Shown one piece after another: positions 24,526-36,697 of a stretch of DNA of 64,000 bases (the stretch's first letter is position 1; every line of letters begins with the position of its first letter). The notes beneath the pieces were generated by a model. The model was not told where the DNA came from. It made no database searches and saw nothing but the letters and a program-made list of their open reading frames with translations. The DNA comes from Yuukianura sp. NJ FZ-2021 (lineage: Eukaryota), in NCBI GenBank assembly GCA_046563655.1, contig CM102286.1:12462001-12526000 (forward strand), given 5' to 3'. The translations under genes were made by a program, and so were the position numbers.

Positions 24526-27500
24526 TTACTTTCTTAGCATTTGGGTAAACTTGTGCATTTGTTCCAAGAGTGCAGGCATTACTGCCGTTACTGATACGTC
24601 TATCACTTCCTGCATGTATTTCACCGCTGCTTCGTCATTAAGGTCGAGTTGGAATTTGTCCAAGACTTTCTTCACAGTTTTATCCGGTTCCAGCGCAATA
24701 TCAGGGACTGATGCTCCCACCATCAAGGAAAACAGGTTCAGGATTAGATTCGCATGTCTAGCATCACAAACATAAGTCATTCAGGATTTCCTTAGAAAAC
24801 GAACATAGTATATCACAATCGATTGACTTATTACCTTCGAAGATGGAGAAATGCCGTATAGCACAACTTCCGGAATTCCTGGTAGTACTCGGAACTTATT
24901 CCGCCCATTGCTTCAACCATTTCTTTACTTAATTTCATTGGTGGTGGCATTGGTTTTGGATCTCTTCCAAGGATATACCCAAAATCAATATGAAACAACT
25001 TTCCATCTGTTGTCAGAAGAAGATTGTCCAAATGCCTGTCTCCAACTCCAAGTAAATATGTGATGACACAGTAACCAGCTAAAAGCAAATACACAAACTT
25101 ATAATTAATCCAACAACCATAGTAGTAGGAATTAATTGATGAAATTCTATTGGCTTACCACAACTTTTGACATAAGTATCCATAACTGACGCTTTAATTC
25201 CATTCCAAGCATTGTTGTCTGGATTATGTTTTCGGAAGAAGTTGTGAATTGTTCCTTCAGAGGCTAGCACGTCTGCTACTGTTGTCGACGGAATGAACTG
25301 GACGAAACCTTTGGAGAAATACAAAGTCACTTAATTAATATTTGTACTTAGCGGCGTGCTTGCGGTCTTGGTTACACCAGTTTCAAAAATTACTTACCGT
25401 GGGTGGTGCTTGTTGCCAGCACTCGATAAGGTGTGAGCCTCAAATCCAAATTTTCTTTGCGCAGTAGTTTGTCCATGAGTGTTATAATTTGCAGGACAAG
25501 TTGATCTTGTCGAAGATCATCTCCATGTTTAAAAATTGCTGTATAAGTTTGCTTCCCAGTAGTACTGAACACGAGCTTACAAGGCATCTGACTCGATTTG
25601 AAAAGATTTGCTCTACAAATTACATAAACTCATTAAAACTTGTTCTCAAAACATGAACGTTTGAGACTGTTAACTTACTCTTTGGCTATGACTCCTTGGA
25701 TATGAATTTCTGGATCTAATGGAAACGGAAATGGATCGAACTTGGTCAGATTCATCTTCAGAACATCCGTTTCCGCTAATAAGTTTTGGAGTTTTTCAAT
25801 TTTCTTTGGTCGATTGACGTTCTCTTTTGCAACTGTCTTCACGATGTCAACCAACTTCGTAATGAGTTTCTGCTGTCTTGACAAGAGGTCTCTTCGATGC
25901 TGCCAATCAGCTTTTCCCCTCTTCAAACACTACATTTTCATAAAGAAAATGACATGCATGAAAATTCTTCGAAATTGCAGATATGCTAAAGTGTTGCTTA
26001 CTTTGATAAATCTCTTCATCACGTTGCCGTACATCACCCTTATGTAAGTATCTTGCTTCACACCGATCTCGTGATCTTCACATTCGATGAACAAGTACCT
26101 GTATAAAACATGTTGATTGATTCATTTATGTTCATGCTGAGTAAGCTCAGTAGGTTAGATTTTACCAGTAGAAGTAGTTGGCCAAGGTTGTGTTCTCACA
26201 GGCTCGGTAAATGAGGAAACTTGCAAGGTCAATATTTTCATCATCGGGAGTGGCAGTCATGAAATCACCGGAATGTTTGAATGAAGTGTTTCTTGATTTG
26301 CTTGAAATGCTTTCCTTCAAGCCCAACGTATTTGCAAGGTCACTTTCTGAGCGAGATCTGGACATGTCATCTCGGAGATGAATTGAATCAGGATGAGTGG
26401 AAGTGGAACCTGTGGAAGTAGAGGCTAGTGGATCTGCATCTTTCACCTCTTCCTGAAAACTTATACGATCTGCCCCCTCGTTGATTTGATCGAAATTTTC
26501 ATATTTCAGAGCCTGGACCAACTGGAGAAGGTAGAGAAGCAAGTCCTGAAAAAATTAATCATTCATATTAGATGCCTTCTATTGCGACATTGCGAGTAGT
26601 TAAATACTTTATGCTTACATCATCTGGTGCTTGCTTCAATCTCCCTACAGCGTATCTTCTTACGGCTGAATGAGTAAACTGTGGCCCCAGAAGCTCAAGA
26701 GCATCTTGAGGGTCCATCGGTGCCCATTTACTTAGTAATTCCAGAGCTTGCTTTTCTTCTCCAGAGATTGCCCACTTTACACATTTCAGAAACTTAGCCA
26801 GTGCCTAAAAGAAGAAAAAAAATTGTAAATCACGGTAGAATAAGCGTTTATGAATTCAAATAGGTATGTACCTTTTTGTTTGACCGCAAGTAGTATCTAA
26901 ACTTCCATATTAGATCCTGTTCTTCAGAAGACAGCAGTTTAGTCGGAGGGTAATTTACAATTGCATTCAATTGGTCCCTGTTGGCTGCATTTGGTTTGAG
27001 TTCAGCATCCGAGAACCCAGTTTGAACACATCGAGATAAAGTATGATGTTTCGTCTCCACCAAATTATCCTATGAAATATTAAAAGTTGAAACCTAGTCA
27101 ATTACACATTCCTTGAAATAGGATACTCACAAGTAAAATTTCATGATCTGGAAGCCATTGAGAATCCTGCAACGATAATTCGCTAGTCTTGTTTCCAAAT
27201 CCAAGGATGTCACGCGACAATTTCTCGGAGTAGACAATAGAGTACTGAAATCATACAAACTTCGTAAGCATTACATATGCTTAGGTTAAATTTAATTAAC
27301 ATTACCTGGACACCTCCATACTCTGCTACTGGAAACTCGACATTCAAGAACATCATGTCTGACTCTCGCTTTTCTCGTTCACAAATCGTTTCAATTTCTG
27401 AGAATGTCAATCTATCCAGCCAATCCAGTTTCGACAGTTTCCCCATACGGTGCTTCTTTGCAATCTAAAACCAACAAGTAAAAATTAATCAGCTTAACAA

Positions 27501-28270
27501 TGACAATATCGTAAAACTTAAAGGTCAAACCTTATTTAGCCGATAAAGGTTACTGTCCTTGGGTCCTTTCCCTGGTGTTGCCGAAGGAATGCATCCATCA
27601 GCAACTTGGCCTGGCCAAACCCGCAAATCCAGCATGCCCTGTAAATCCATTCCTTATTTAATCAACTTAAGACTCTCAAAATTCAGGAAACTTGAAAGTT
27701 GAAATTGAGATTTACTTGGCGAAAGACTCCATGTTTACCAAAAACAGAAATTGTAGTTCCTCCAACAGGAATGTAGTCTGACGGACCACCGCAGTCAAAA
27801 ATTGTGATACAAAATTGAGCGTTTTGCGGCAAATCACTGAATCTCATTGGTACGTGAATCCATTCATTCCAGCTGAAAACAAAACATTTGGAATAAAATA
27901 TCAGTTTAAACTGGTTTAAACTTAAACTCGGCGTACTTACTTCCATCTTGTTGTAAATGATTTGTAAGACGTGGAAACCGGAAGTGAAATTGGCTTATTA
28001 TCGGAGTATATCTGAACTATAACTTTTAGATCAGCGCATGCCCCATGTCCAAGGAATCCTGAATATTGCCAAATTGGATTCTCCATTAATTTTTCATAGT
28101 CAGGGCGTTTCACTTTGCCTTCAAGACTTCCTCTAAAGAAAAATTAAAAAATCGGAATTGAATATCATTTATAATTTGTTAATTATTACTGGTTTTTGCA
28201 CTAAATCTTACATTTTTATTTTAACTAACGAATCTACTTCACAATTAGGATATTTTCCTGTTGGCTCCAT
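24526..28270 (-). CDS. PIK3C3: Class III phosphatidylinositol 3-kinase Vps34
   Basis: Multi-exon gene from ATG 28270 ([26 protein letters not shown]). C2 domain [23 protein letters not shown], helical domain [13 protein letters not shown], kinase motifs [21 protein letters not shown] and HIDFG. Stop at 24526. Confidence 0.97.
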
Positions 28271-28599
28271 CTTGACACGGTGTCAACCTTGCGTTGTTCT
28301 TCGGTCCTTGGTTTCTGTCGTCTCAGGCGGGCTCAGTTTAACGATTTCTCCAATCCAATTAAATCAAAAGACAAAAATTACGCAAGTATTTGCGTGTGTG
28401 TGTAATAGGTTTGCAAAATTTATTGCCAGCTGATCCAAAAATGTTGACCAACACATTTGAATTCCCCGCGTTGAATTTCACCAGGTTTCTCAGGGTGTTC
28501 TGTTCACCCCCTGCTGACTGTTGGGGTAGTTTTAGAAAATATTTTACTTTCACCTGTATTTTCAATTCCGCATCCACAGCAGGAGCAACGGGAAAGAAA

Positions 28600-29005
28600 A
28601 TGGATCGTTATGAAGCGTCAGATCAGCATCTTGTCTTCGAAGGAATTAGGTAAAATTTTAAATCTTAATTAATTACTTTTGCTCAAGATTTCAAATAGAA
28701 AATGTTAGGCAAATCAACTGAAACTTCATGGGGTGTAAAAGTGCTGATTTAAATTGGCATGGTATGATTGTTCCAGCGATGGAATTGACAATAAATTCGG
28801 ACTGGAATCTATCTTTTACGCCATGGGATTTCTGATCTGGATCATCACCGTAGCTTTGTTCATTGATCTCTTCTTTACATCCATTACTTCACCGATACTC
28901 TACAGTTCCTTTGCACCAGTCAGAAAGAAAAGAAGTCTGGAAGAAACGGAAAAACATGACAACTTTCTCCAAATTTTAGAATCCATTCATACATTTAATC
29001 ATTAG
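28600..29005 (+). CDS. Small predicted single-pass membrane protein (~90 aa; start uncertain)
   Basis: ATG 28600-28649 splices (AG|gtaaaa...ttccag|C) in frame to 28777-29005. Hydrophobic segment IFYAMGFLIWIITVALFIDLFF, then RKKRS and LQILESIHTF. Confidence 0.45.
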
Positions 29006-29595
29006 ACAGATTAGTGAAAGTCACAGAAATTCAATTTAGTAAACTAATTTAAAGTAAAGGTAGACTGACTTAACATTTAGATTTAGTGCAAAAAATAAGA
29101 AACGTTCCGAAAGTATTTTCGAAAAAGTTGCCGTTAGGATTCAAGTTCAGAACAGTTTTTTGAAACAACGGGATCTACACCCTTGTATTCAAGGCGTATA
29201 AATAGAAAGTCACACATTGTTGAGACAAGTTATTAAATATTTATTAGAACTTAGGTTAACTTAAATTTTAGCATTTAGAGAAGGGGTAACTTACGTTAGT
29301 GTATTAGTAAAAAAAATTCAATTAAAATTAGTGGGTCGTGGGAAATGGCGGAATTTTGGGCCCAAAGCAACGCCATTGTGTGTAAAAGTCTGGGCCCACG
29401 AAAAACTGAGTTTTTAAACAAAGTCCGACTTGAAAATCAAATAACTAAATGCACAACCGCTGACGCCAGGGAGATTTTTATACAGTTTTATTTTCGAGGT
29501 CGATGACCTTACTTATACGTAGAATAGGTTAGGTAAAAATTAGATTAACAAAACCAAAGAGCCTTGATACGTATTTATTTGGAACTAGATTAGTG

Positions 29596-32370
29596 CTACT
29601 CATCTTCGTCACTTTGGTCTGACGCGGAAGGACTTGCGTTTGCGTCTTGCTCCGCTGCATCCAAGATGAACTCTGCAAAACGCTTGGACTTTGGGACGCT
29701 TGCCGGATGATGACGGCCATGCGATAAAAACCAGATTACTGCAGCCACGTGACTGCAGCAACCCAGTGTTCGGCTCCCTGTTTTGCAATCGCAAAACCAG
29801 CCAGTTACGTCTTCCGCTTCGACTCCGTTCGGGGTGTAGCGAACCCATACTTTCCTCTTTTGCCTTTTACAGAACCGTGACTGTAACTTGGCAGTGATGA
29901 GTGTTACATCCTCCTTGTAGATGAAAATCTCATAAGTCCCGTCTCCAGACATGTGATCCTTGGTGTACTTTGCAGCTAATTCCAGTTGATAAACACCGAG
30001 CGTTAGTTTGTGTAGCGCTGGCAATTCCAGTTTGGGGAAATCGGTAACCTCTGTGGAAGATGCTTTCTTCCACACAACTCGTCTTGTAGCCAACCTCTTT
30101 TCATTCACCTCAACCTCTAAATCATTGTTGATGGTAATTCGTCGAAGAGCCATTTCAATTAGGTGACTATGCGTTTCAGATGCAGAAAAAATTGGATTTG
30201 AGAAAGCGTTTGTCAATGCACAGGCAATTCGCAGAAACGGACGCAGCTTAGGGATGAGAGTATTCTTGACAACTTGGTCAAGAAAGTGGTACTTATTTTT
30301 GAGTCTGCCATGCACAGCTTCAACGATCCAGCGCAGAAGTGTAACTTGCCGAGATTCGTTCGCTTCTTCAGATGAGAACTTTTTCAGTTTTTTGGAAAGT
30401 AATCTTGGCATGTGGGTTGATACCGAGTTGCATTCCAATTCTGAGACGATATCTCTAAATCCTCTGTCCAAAATTGCGATGTCGCCGGCAGCAAGAAACC
30501 CAAGAACCGACTCATCTCCGCGTTTCATCATACTTCTTAAGATTGAGGAATCATTGTTGCCACCGTCTGCTCCATATGGACCTTCACATTCAATGATGTA
30601 TCCCGTACTCGTGACAATGGTCATGAATTTTGCTAGATGGCGCTGCTTTTGACCAGAATAGAGTAGCCGTTGGAGTTTGTGGTCGGATGGACGTTGAACA
30701 TATATGTATGTGCCGTCCATTATCAGTATTACACTGTCGTCATCATCGTGATGAAGTAGTTTCAGGAACGCTGGAACCGAGTGATGGGCAATGACTTCCT
30801 GCCGAGTGACATGTTGATAGCCAAGGAAACTTGGCACAAATGTTTGTTCCAAGACGTTTGCGACCGAGGTGATTGTTTCTGAGACTACCGCCTCACTTCC
30901 AACTCCAAAAATGAAGGCGATGATGCGGTTGGAGAAGTTGTGTCGTAGCTTCATCAGAAACATCGCAACCGCGTTTCGTCGGGATCTGTTTGTGCTGTTT
31001 TTAACGGAAGTAGCGTATACCTGAAAAACAAAAATATAAACGTTAGCTTAAGCTTGAATCGACCTTTAACTTAGCACTAGTGGCATTGACCTTTGACCTT
31101 GAGAACGAATTTCTGGATTCTGCCACCACAGCTTTAATGTGGTGACAAAAGGGACTTGATTTTTGGAAAGTGACCTTTTGACCCCTTAAGGGGTCAAAGG
31201 GTCAAGGACTTGGAATTTCGGGGTTCTGACGCCACAGCTTTAGTCCGGTGACCAAAGGGACTTGATTTTTGGATAGTGACCTTTTGACCCCTTAAGGGGT
31301 CAAAGGGTCAAGGACTTGGAATCTCGGGGTTCTGACGCCACAGCTTTAGTCCGGTGACCAAATTGACTTGATTTTTGGATAGTGACCTTTTGACCCCTTA
31401 AGGGGTCAAAGGGTCAAGGACTTGGAATTTCGAGATTCTGACACCACAGCTTTAGCAGGGGTACCAAAGGGACTTGTTTTTTGATAGTGACCTATAAAGG
31501 TCAAAGTCAGGAGAAACAACATTTCAATGTTGCTTACCATAAGCCTTTGGAAGTTGGCTTTGGAAATTCCAATGAGTAATTCGTAATCTGCATTGGTCAG
31601 GTCGGAATTCTCAGCAAAGTCTGTCCGAACGTTGGCATTAATGTCATTGGTCAAGAAATGGATCCATGCAGAAAGAGCTTCAGGTGGAGATGTTAGTCCA
31701 GACTGGAATGCTGTTATCTGCTGAAGCGCGTCCGATGTGAACTTCCCATCAATCAGATGATGTGCGCAAACTCTGTTGCGTGGGGAAACGAAAATCCTTG
31801 TCTTCTTCCAGGCATCATGTAAGGCCCATCCCGAAATCCTTTGTCTGCCTTTTGCGTCTCCACATAAAAAGCAGCATCGTTGTGTCGATTTAGTACGCAG
31901 AATCCCGGGAATGTGAACGTGATTGACATCGATAGAAGTTTCGTCGATGTTCATGAGTTGCTGCTGTCCATTTCTGCTGCCCAGTGTTGATGCCTCCATC
32001 ATGTAGGCTGGTGGTGGATTGTCTTGAATGGAGAGGTTGATATCGCTTTCTGATTGTATTGAATCTAAAACGTAAAACACGCATAAAAATTTTGAAGGGT
32101 TTTCAAAAAGTTTAATTGTAATTTACTCTGGTTGGTTGATGGTCTGAAAAACTTAGAAGCATGTGCTGGTCCAGCGTATCCCTTTCTTTTGAGTAGATTT
32201 CCGGAAGATTTTTGTATGTCGAGTGAGCATGATGTGCAAAGAACATCGTTTTCGTTGGCTCTAGCATCGACAGAAGTGTACAGAATCCAGAACTTTTCTC
32301 CGGTTGCTTTCCTCTTACGTTCTGAACCAGCGCAGTACCGAAGACAACGTGAACAGGTCCACTTAGGCAT
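29596..32370 (-). CDS. DDE_Tnp_4-type transposase with N-terminal Cys fingers, HTH and C-terminal SWIM finger (731 aa)
   Basis: Exons 32370-32127, 32064-31538 and 31020-29596 join in frame (2196 nt). Catalytic triad in IMDGTY, ILDRGF and RWIVEAVHGRLK. SWIM motif CDCKTGSRTLGCCSH. N-terminal CxxC...CxxC and CFLC...CAHH. Confidence 0.9.
31107..31493. repeat. 106-bp tandem repeat (~3.7 copies) inside transposase intron 2; full units carry a 22-bp perfect palindrome
   Basis: Units start at 31107, 31213, 31319 and 31425. TTTGACCCCTTAAGGGGTCAAA occurs at 31177, 31283 and 31389. Confidence 0.92.
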
Positions 32371-33005
32371 TATATATAATAACAGCTAAACTACTGACTA
32401 ACTGCGACTAAAATGATTTTTAACTGTACAATGATTAATTAATTCAATATTTAAACTTTAATGGACTCAATATTTTAATTTATAAACAATTTAATATGAC
32501 TTGAAAAAATAATGCGAGAATGAAAATGTGTAATTTTAAGTCTTTAATTTGAACGAATCATCAACATAAACAAGTATCATAGCATTTTGGTTACCATGAC
32601 TGCAATATTCGAGTTCAATTTGGCTAAACCTCCAGACTGAAGTCGAAATCGTTCCAAAATCGATACAAAATTCCTGTTAGGTTAGGGGGTCCAGCGCGTT
32701 TTTTCTTGCATCCTTTTCTAAACCCCATGACCTTTCCAGCGATACCCCAATCGCTAAGCTAGGTCAAGGATTTCCCCACTTTCTCCCACTAAATAGCAAG
32801 TCATAATGCTATTTACATTGGAGAAGGGGGTACTTTGGACACCTTTATCTCTGGTCCTAGATGGGGGTCCAAAGTTTTTATTTTTTTAATGGATTCAGCA
32901 TCCATTTTTCTACAGGAAAATATATTTTAAAGTAGTATTTTTGGCTATCTTCGCGTGGCCCATAAGGCCTCAATTTCCCATGACCTTCTTTGTGAGTTAC
33001 AATAA

Positions 33006-36000
33006 CTATTTGACCTCTTCGATTGTTTTCAAGTTTAGTTCATGCAATTCTTTTTGCATGTCTTTCGGCAGAAGTGGAATGTCAACTCTCAGCTTCCGCC
33101 TAAAATTCAAAGCACATTAGATTTTGATAAATGAGTAAATTAAAAAATGTGAAGGCTTAAGTTTCACCTTTGTTTCAGCATTTCTCCACTTTCACCACCT
33201 TTGGGTGGCATCAGCATCAAATTCCTCTTGAGGAATTCTCTGCCACAAAATGTAACAGTTTCATCCAAAAATGCTTCCAGTGCCACAATTTGTTCCAACT
33301 GGGTACACAGCTTCCAAATTTGGGCTCTCTCCCAAAAATCCTACATCAAAATTTCGAAATTTTTGAAAATTCCAATATAAATTTTTCCCTGTAATTTCTT
33401 CCTTATATTTAACACTGATCACCCTGATTTCCTCTGCTGCCAATCCAATCAAAAAATTAACTAAAAGGACCACAATGATAACAACGAAAACAGCTAGAGC
33501 CAACATCACGATTCCCAGAAATACTGTTTCCTTTTCTCCGTAAAATAAACCTGGAAAGAAATAAATTAAAAATTGTAAATCGCTTCTGTTTTTAAGTATT
33601 TCACAAGTAGATTTAACATTATACCTTCGTAGTCCAATTCTCCAATCATAAATGTAATAACTTTCACAAATGATTGTGCTGCAGAGGAGAAAGAAGGTTC
33701 ACCGGGAATTAAAATCACAAAGACAGTGGCAAATCCAAACAAAATTGGAGCCGTAACGGCAATTGCCAACAGCAGAGTTCGGGTTGACTAAAAAGAATTC
33801 AAAAAATGTAAAACTTTTACCATAATAGTGCAATAAAAAATTCTGCGCTTTGTTCACTTAACATTCACATGTCAACTTACCCGCATTAGCAGGTTAATGT
33901 AAACTCGAAATTTTGGAAACTTTCCAAGTTCGAGGTAAATCGCAAGCCAAATTAGCAGACCCATGAGCTAAACAAAAAATTCAAAACATATTCATATGCT
34001 GTTAATTTTCTTCGTTGAGAAATGCTGAATGCTCTAATTAAGAACTTACTCCTGCAATGACATAAAGCCAAGTTTCATCAAAAAGAAGCACATCCAATGC
34101 CGGTAGCGTCGTAATTACAATTCCGATGCTCAGAAAACATGGCCAACACGGGAAAATTCGAATTAGGAGTATCGGATAATACGAAACAGTTTTCAGAAAT
34201 TTTTGAGTCCATGGTGTTTTTGGCTTAAAAGTTTTCATGGGACGGAAGATCCAGTGAAATTGTTGAATCGACTGATGAATTTGGCTCAACATGTACACCA
34301 GCACTGCAAACAGGTTTAGTGACCCTCCGATTCGTACAGCGTCACTTGTGACACATTCCTTGAGACCTGCTAAAAAAATAATACGTTCAGGAATTCTCAT
34401 TTTCAAAAAACTCAGAAAACCTTGAAATGTTTTTGAAAAAAACTTGAACTTTTTGTGGAATTTGAGATGATCTGTGCTCCTGGTTGCTCATTTTCTTCTA
34501 CAGGACGGAGTGCTGTCCATGAAAATGGTTTAGCATTGGCCAGTTTGTAGGGACACTCCACTCGGTACATCGTTACCAAAAAGAAACAATTGAACAGAAA
34601 CCAGAGAATCTGGAATTTCAAGAAAAGTGGAAATAATAAATGACAGGCGAAGAGAAAAAGTTAATTGAAAACGTGTTGTAAATTGAAATTGCAATTGTCA
34701 AAATATTTGGAAACAAAAAATATTCTTACGTGCAAAAGTCGAAAAAATATGAAAAATGCTTTTACTCTCTCCCACTTCAAGTGAATGAAAATTCGAATGA
34801 AGATGTGATTTAGGACGGCTTTTCTGTCTTCAAATTTTGCGTAACAAACTTTTGCCAGTTCCTCAGCCTCTTTGTACACATTCACTCTGGACGAACTGTA
34901 GCCAAGGATTGGCCTAAATATGAAAATTAGCTTAGTTACGAATAACAAAGTAATGGTTAGTTAAGTAGATTTTTAAGGTTAAGTTAAGGAATACCCAAAA
35001 TCTAATTCAGCAATGGTATTTATGGCCCCAAGGTACGCAATGTATCCCGAACTGTCAATCGCTTTCTCCAATAGAACGTCAACTGCTTGTGGAACATTTT
35101 CGTAAACTTTTTGCAAAGGAGTTTTTCCGCGATTTGATCTGAAAATTACGAGAAAAAAAATCAGAGTCTGTTTTTTTTCGAAGTTTGCTCACCGGTAGTC
35201 AGATATTAGAAGTTTTTCATTTACTTGATATCAAATGCCGATCCTTCCAAAAGAAGGAAATTGGTAGCTTGGACATTTTTGTGTTTTGCTGCCAAGTACA
35301 GCGCTGTACATCCATTTTGATTTTTTAAATTTAGCAATTCCAATTTTTCTTCCGGTTTAACGGACTCCAAGATTTGTTTAACACACTTCTCAGCCTGTGT
35401 TTGGCTTCCTAGAGACAAAATTTTGAAAAATATTGTTTCATCAAACTAGTAAGACAGAATTTACCAAAACTGTAAAACACTACGCATCAGGAAAGCTTAT
35501 AATTAGAAAACAAAACAAAATTTCAAACTTGCCTAAACTTGCGCAAGAGTGGAGAACAGTAAATCCAGTATTTCCTTCGGCAATCAAGTAAAAGTCGGAC
35601 AACTTTGCCAAAATTTTTGAAAATCCACGTCTTGCAGCGATGTGGGTGGGACACTTTCCAGCAACATCAAAAGAGTAGAGCAATTTTGATCGTGTTTCAG
35701 TCCAATCTTCAGTTAAATTTTCTTGTAACAAGGTATCTAAGCATTGGACGGCTTTTGTTTCATAGGCTATTGTAAAGTTTAAAAATAAAAAATTGAAATA
35801 AATTCCTTCGATCAAATATATTGAATTGACTTACCATTTCCCAACGCAAGATGAAAAACATTGTATTTTAGGGAATCAACTTTGGTAGGATCTGCTCCAT
35901 TTGAAATCAAAATTTGGATGAGATCGTGATTGCCGGAAATAGCTGCTCGATGAAGTGCTGTACGGCGAGTGGCTGAAGATTCTTCGACGTTCAAGTATTC

Positions 36001-36697
36001 CCTTAATTTGTTTACATCTGAATTATAGTACTTCGCATCCAGCAATACTTCAGCACAATTTACAGCATTTTCATGGTTTTCTAAACAAGATAAAAAAGGC
36101 AAAGTTAAAAGCATGGGCATTTTACCTATCGAACTTAAATACATGAATTTTTGCTTTTAAAATAAAAACATCAGCGCTTATTACGAAACTAACATATAAG
36201 TGTTAAATCGCCTTACCCAATTTTGCCAAAACGTGGAAAGCCGTTTCATTGGTTCTGGTAAATCCAAGTGTAGCTCCACGATTAAGTAAGTTCCGAACGA
36301 CGATATGATTGCCTTTGGCCAACGCCCAAAACAGAGCTGTTTTTTGACTTCCATCTTTTTGTTCAATCAGTCGCTTCAAACCTTCGATGTTGAAATTTAG
36401 CAGAGCACGATTTAGAATTTCTTCGGTGCACTGGATGGCCTTATCAAAATCGTCTGCAGTATAAACAAATTCGAGTTGAATTGAGTTACACATTTTTCAT
36501 AATTTTGAAAATTTCTGCTTACCGTTGTATACAGCGTAGTGAAGTACTGATGCTCCATAAGTGTCATCCAGTTCAAACAAATTTCCACCTTTGTCTAAAC
36601 ATTCACATAATTCAACTATGTTTCCATCTCGAGCAGCTTCCAGTAGTCGACTTCCAGATTTTTTCGGTTGTACTTCAGTTATGCCCAAATTCACCAT
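33006..36697 (-). CDS. TRPA-subfamily cation channel (ankyrin repeats plus 6-TM pore; pyrexia/painless/water-witch-like)
   Basis: About 14 exons splice in frame. Ankyrin repeats (GASVLHYAV, KTALFWA, TALHRAA, CPTHIAA, TALYLAA), pre-S1 FIHLKW, LELGKFPKFRVYI, pore FVKVITFMIGELDY, S6 VVLLVNFLIGLA and a TRP-like helix. Stop TAG at 33006. Confidence 0.85.

Larger units (their letters stand above)
29334..32985 (-). mobile_element. PIF/Harbinger-ISL2EU-type (PHIS) DNA transposon, ~3.65 kb
   Basis: Imperfect ~30 bp terminal inverted repeats (left GGTCGTGGGAAATGGCGGAATTTTGGGCC; right, reverse-complemented, GGTCATGGGAAATTGAGGCCTTATGGGCC) enclose one transposase gene. No clear target-site duplication. 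Confidence 0.75.

Noticed and set aside
28359..28577. ORF MDAELKIQVKV as the Vps34 N-terminus
   Set aside because: Exon 28270-28212 has a true ATG and a consensus donor, and splices in frame to GSLEGK.
31107..31493. CRISPR-like array of palindromic repeats
   Set aside because: The sequence between palindromes is itself repeated rather than made of unique spacers. The context is a eukaryotic intron with no cas genes.
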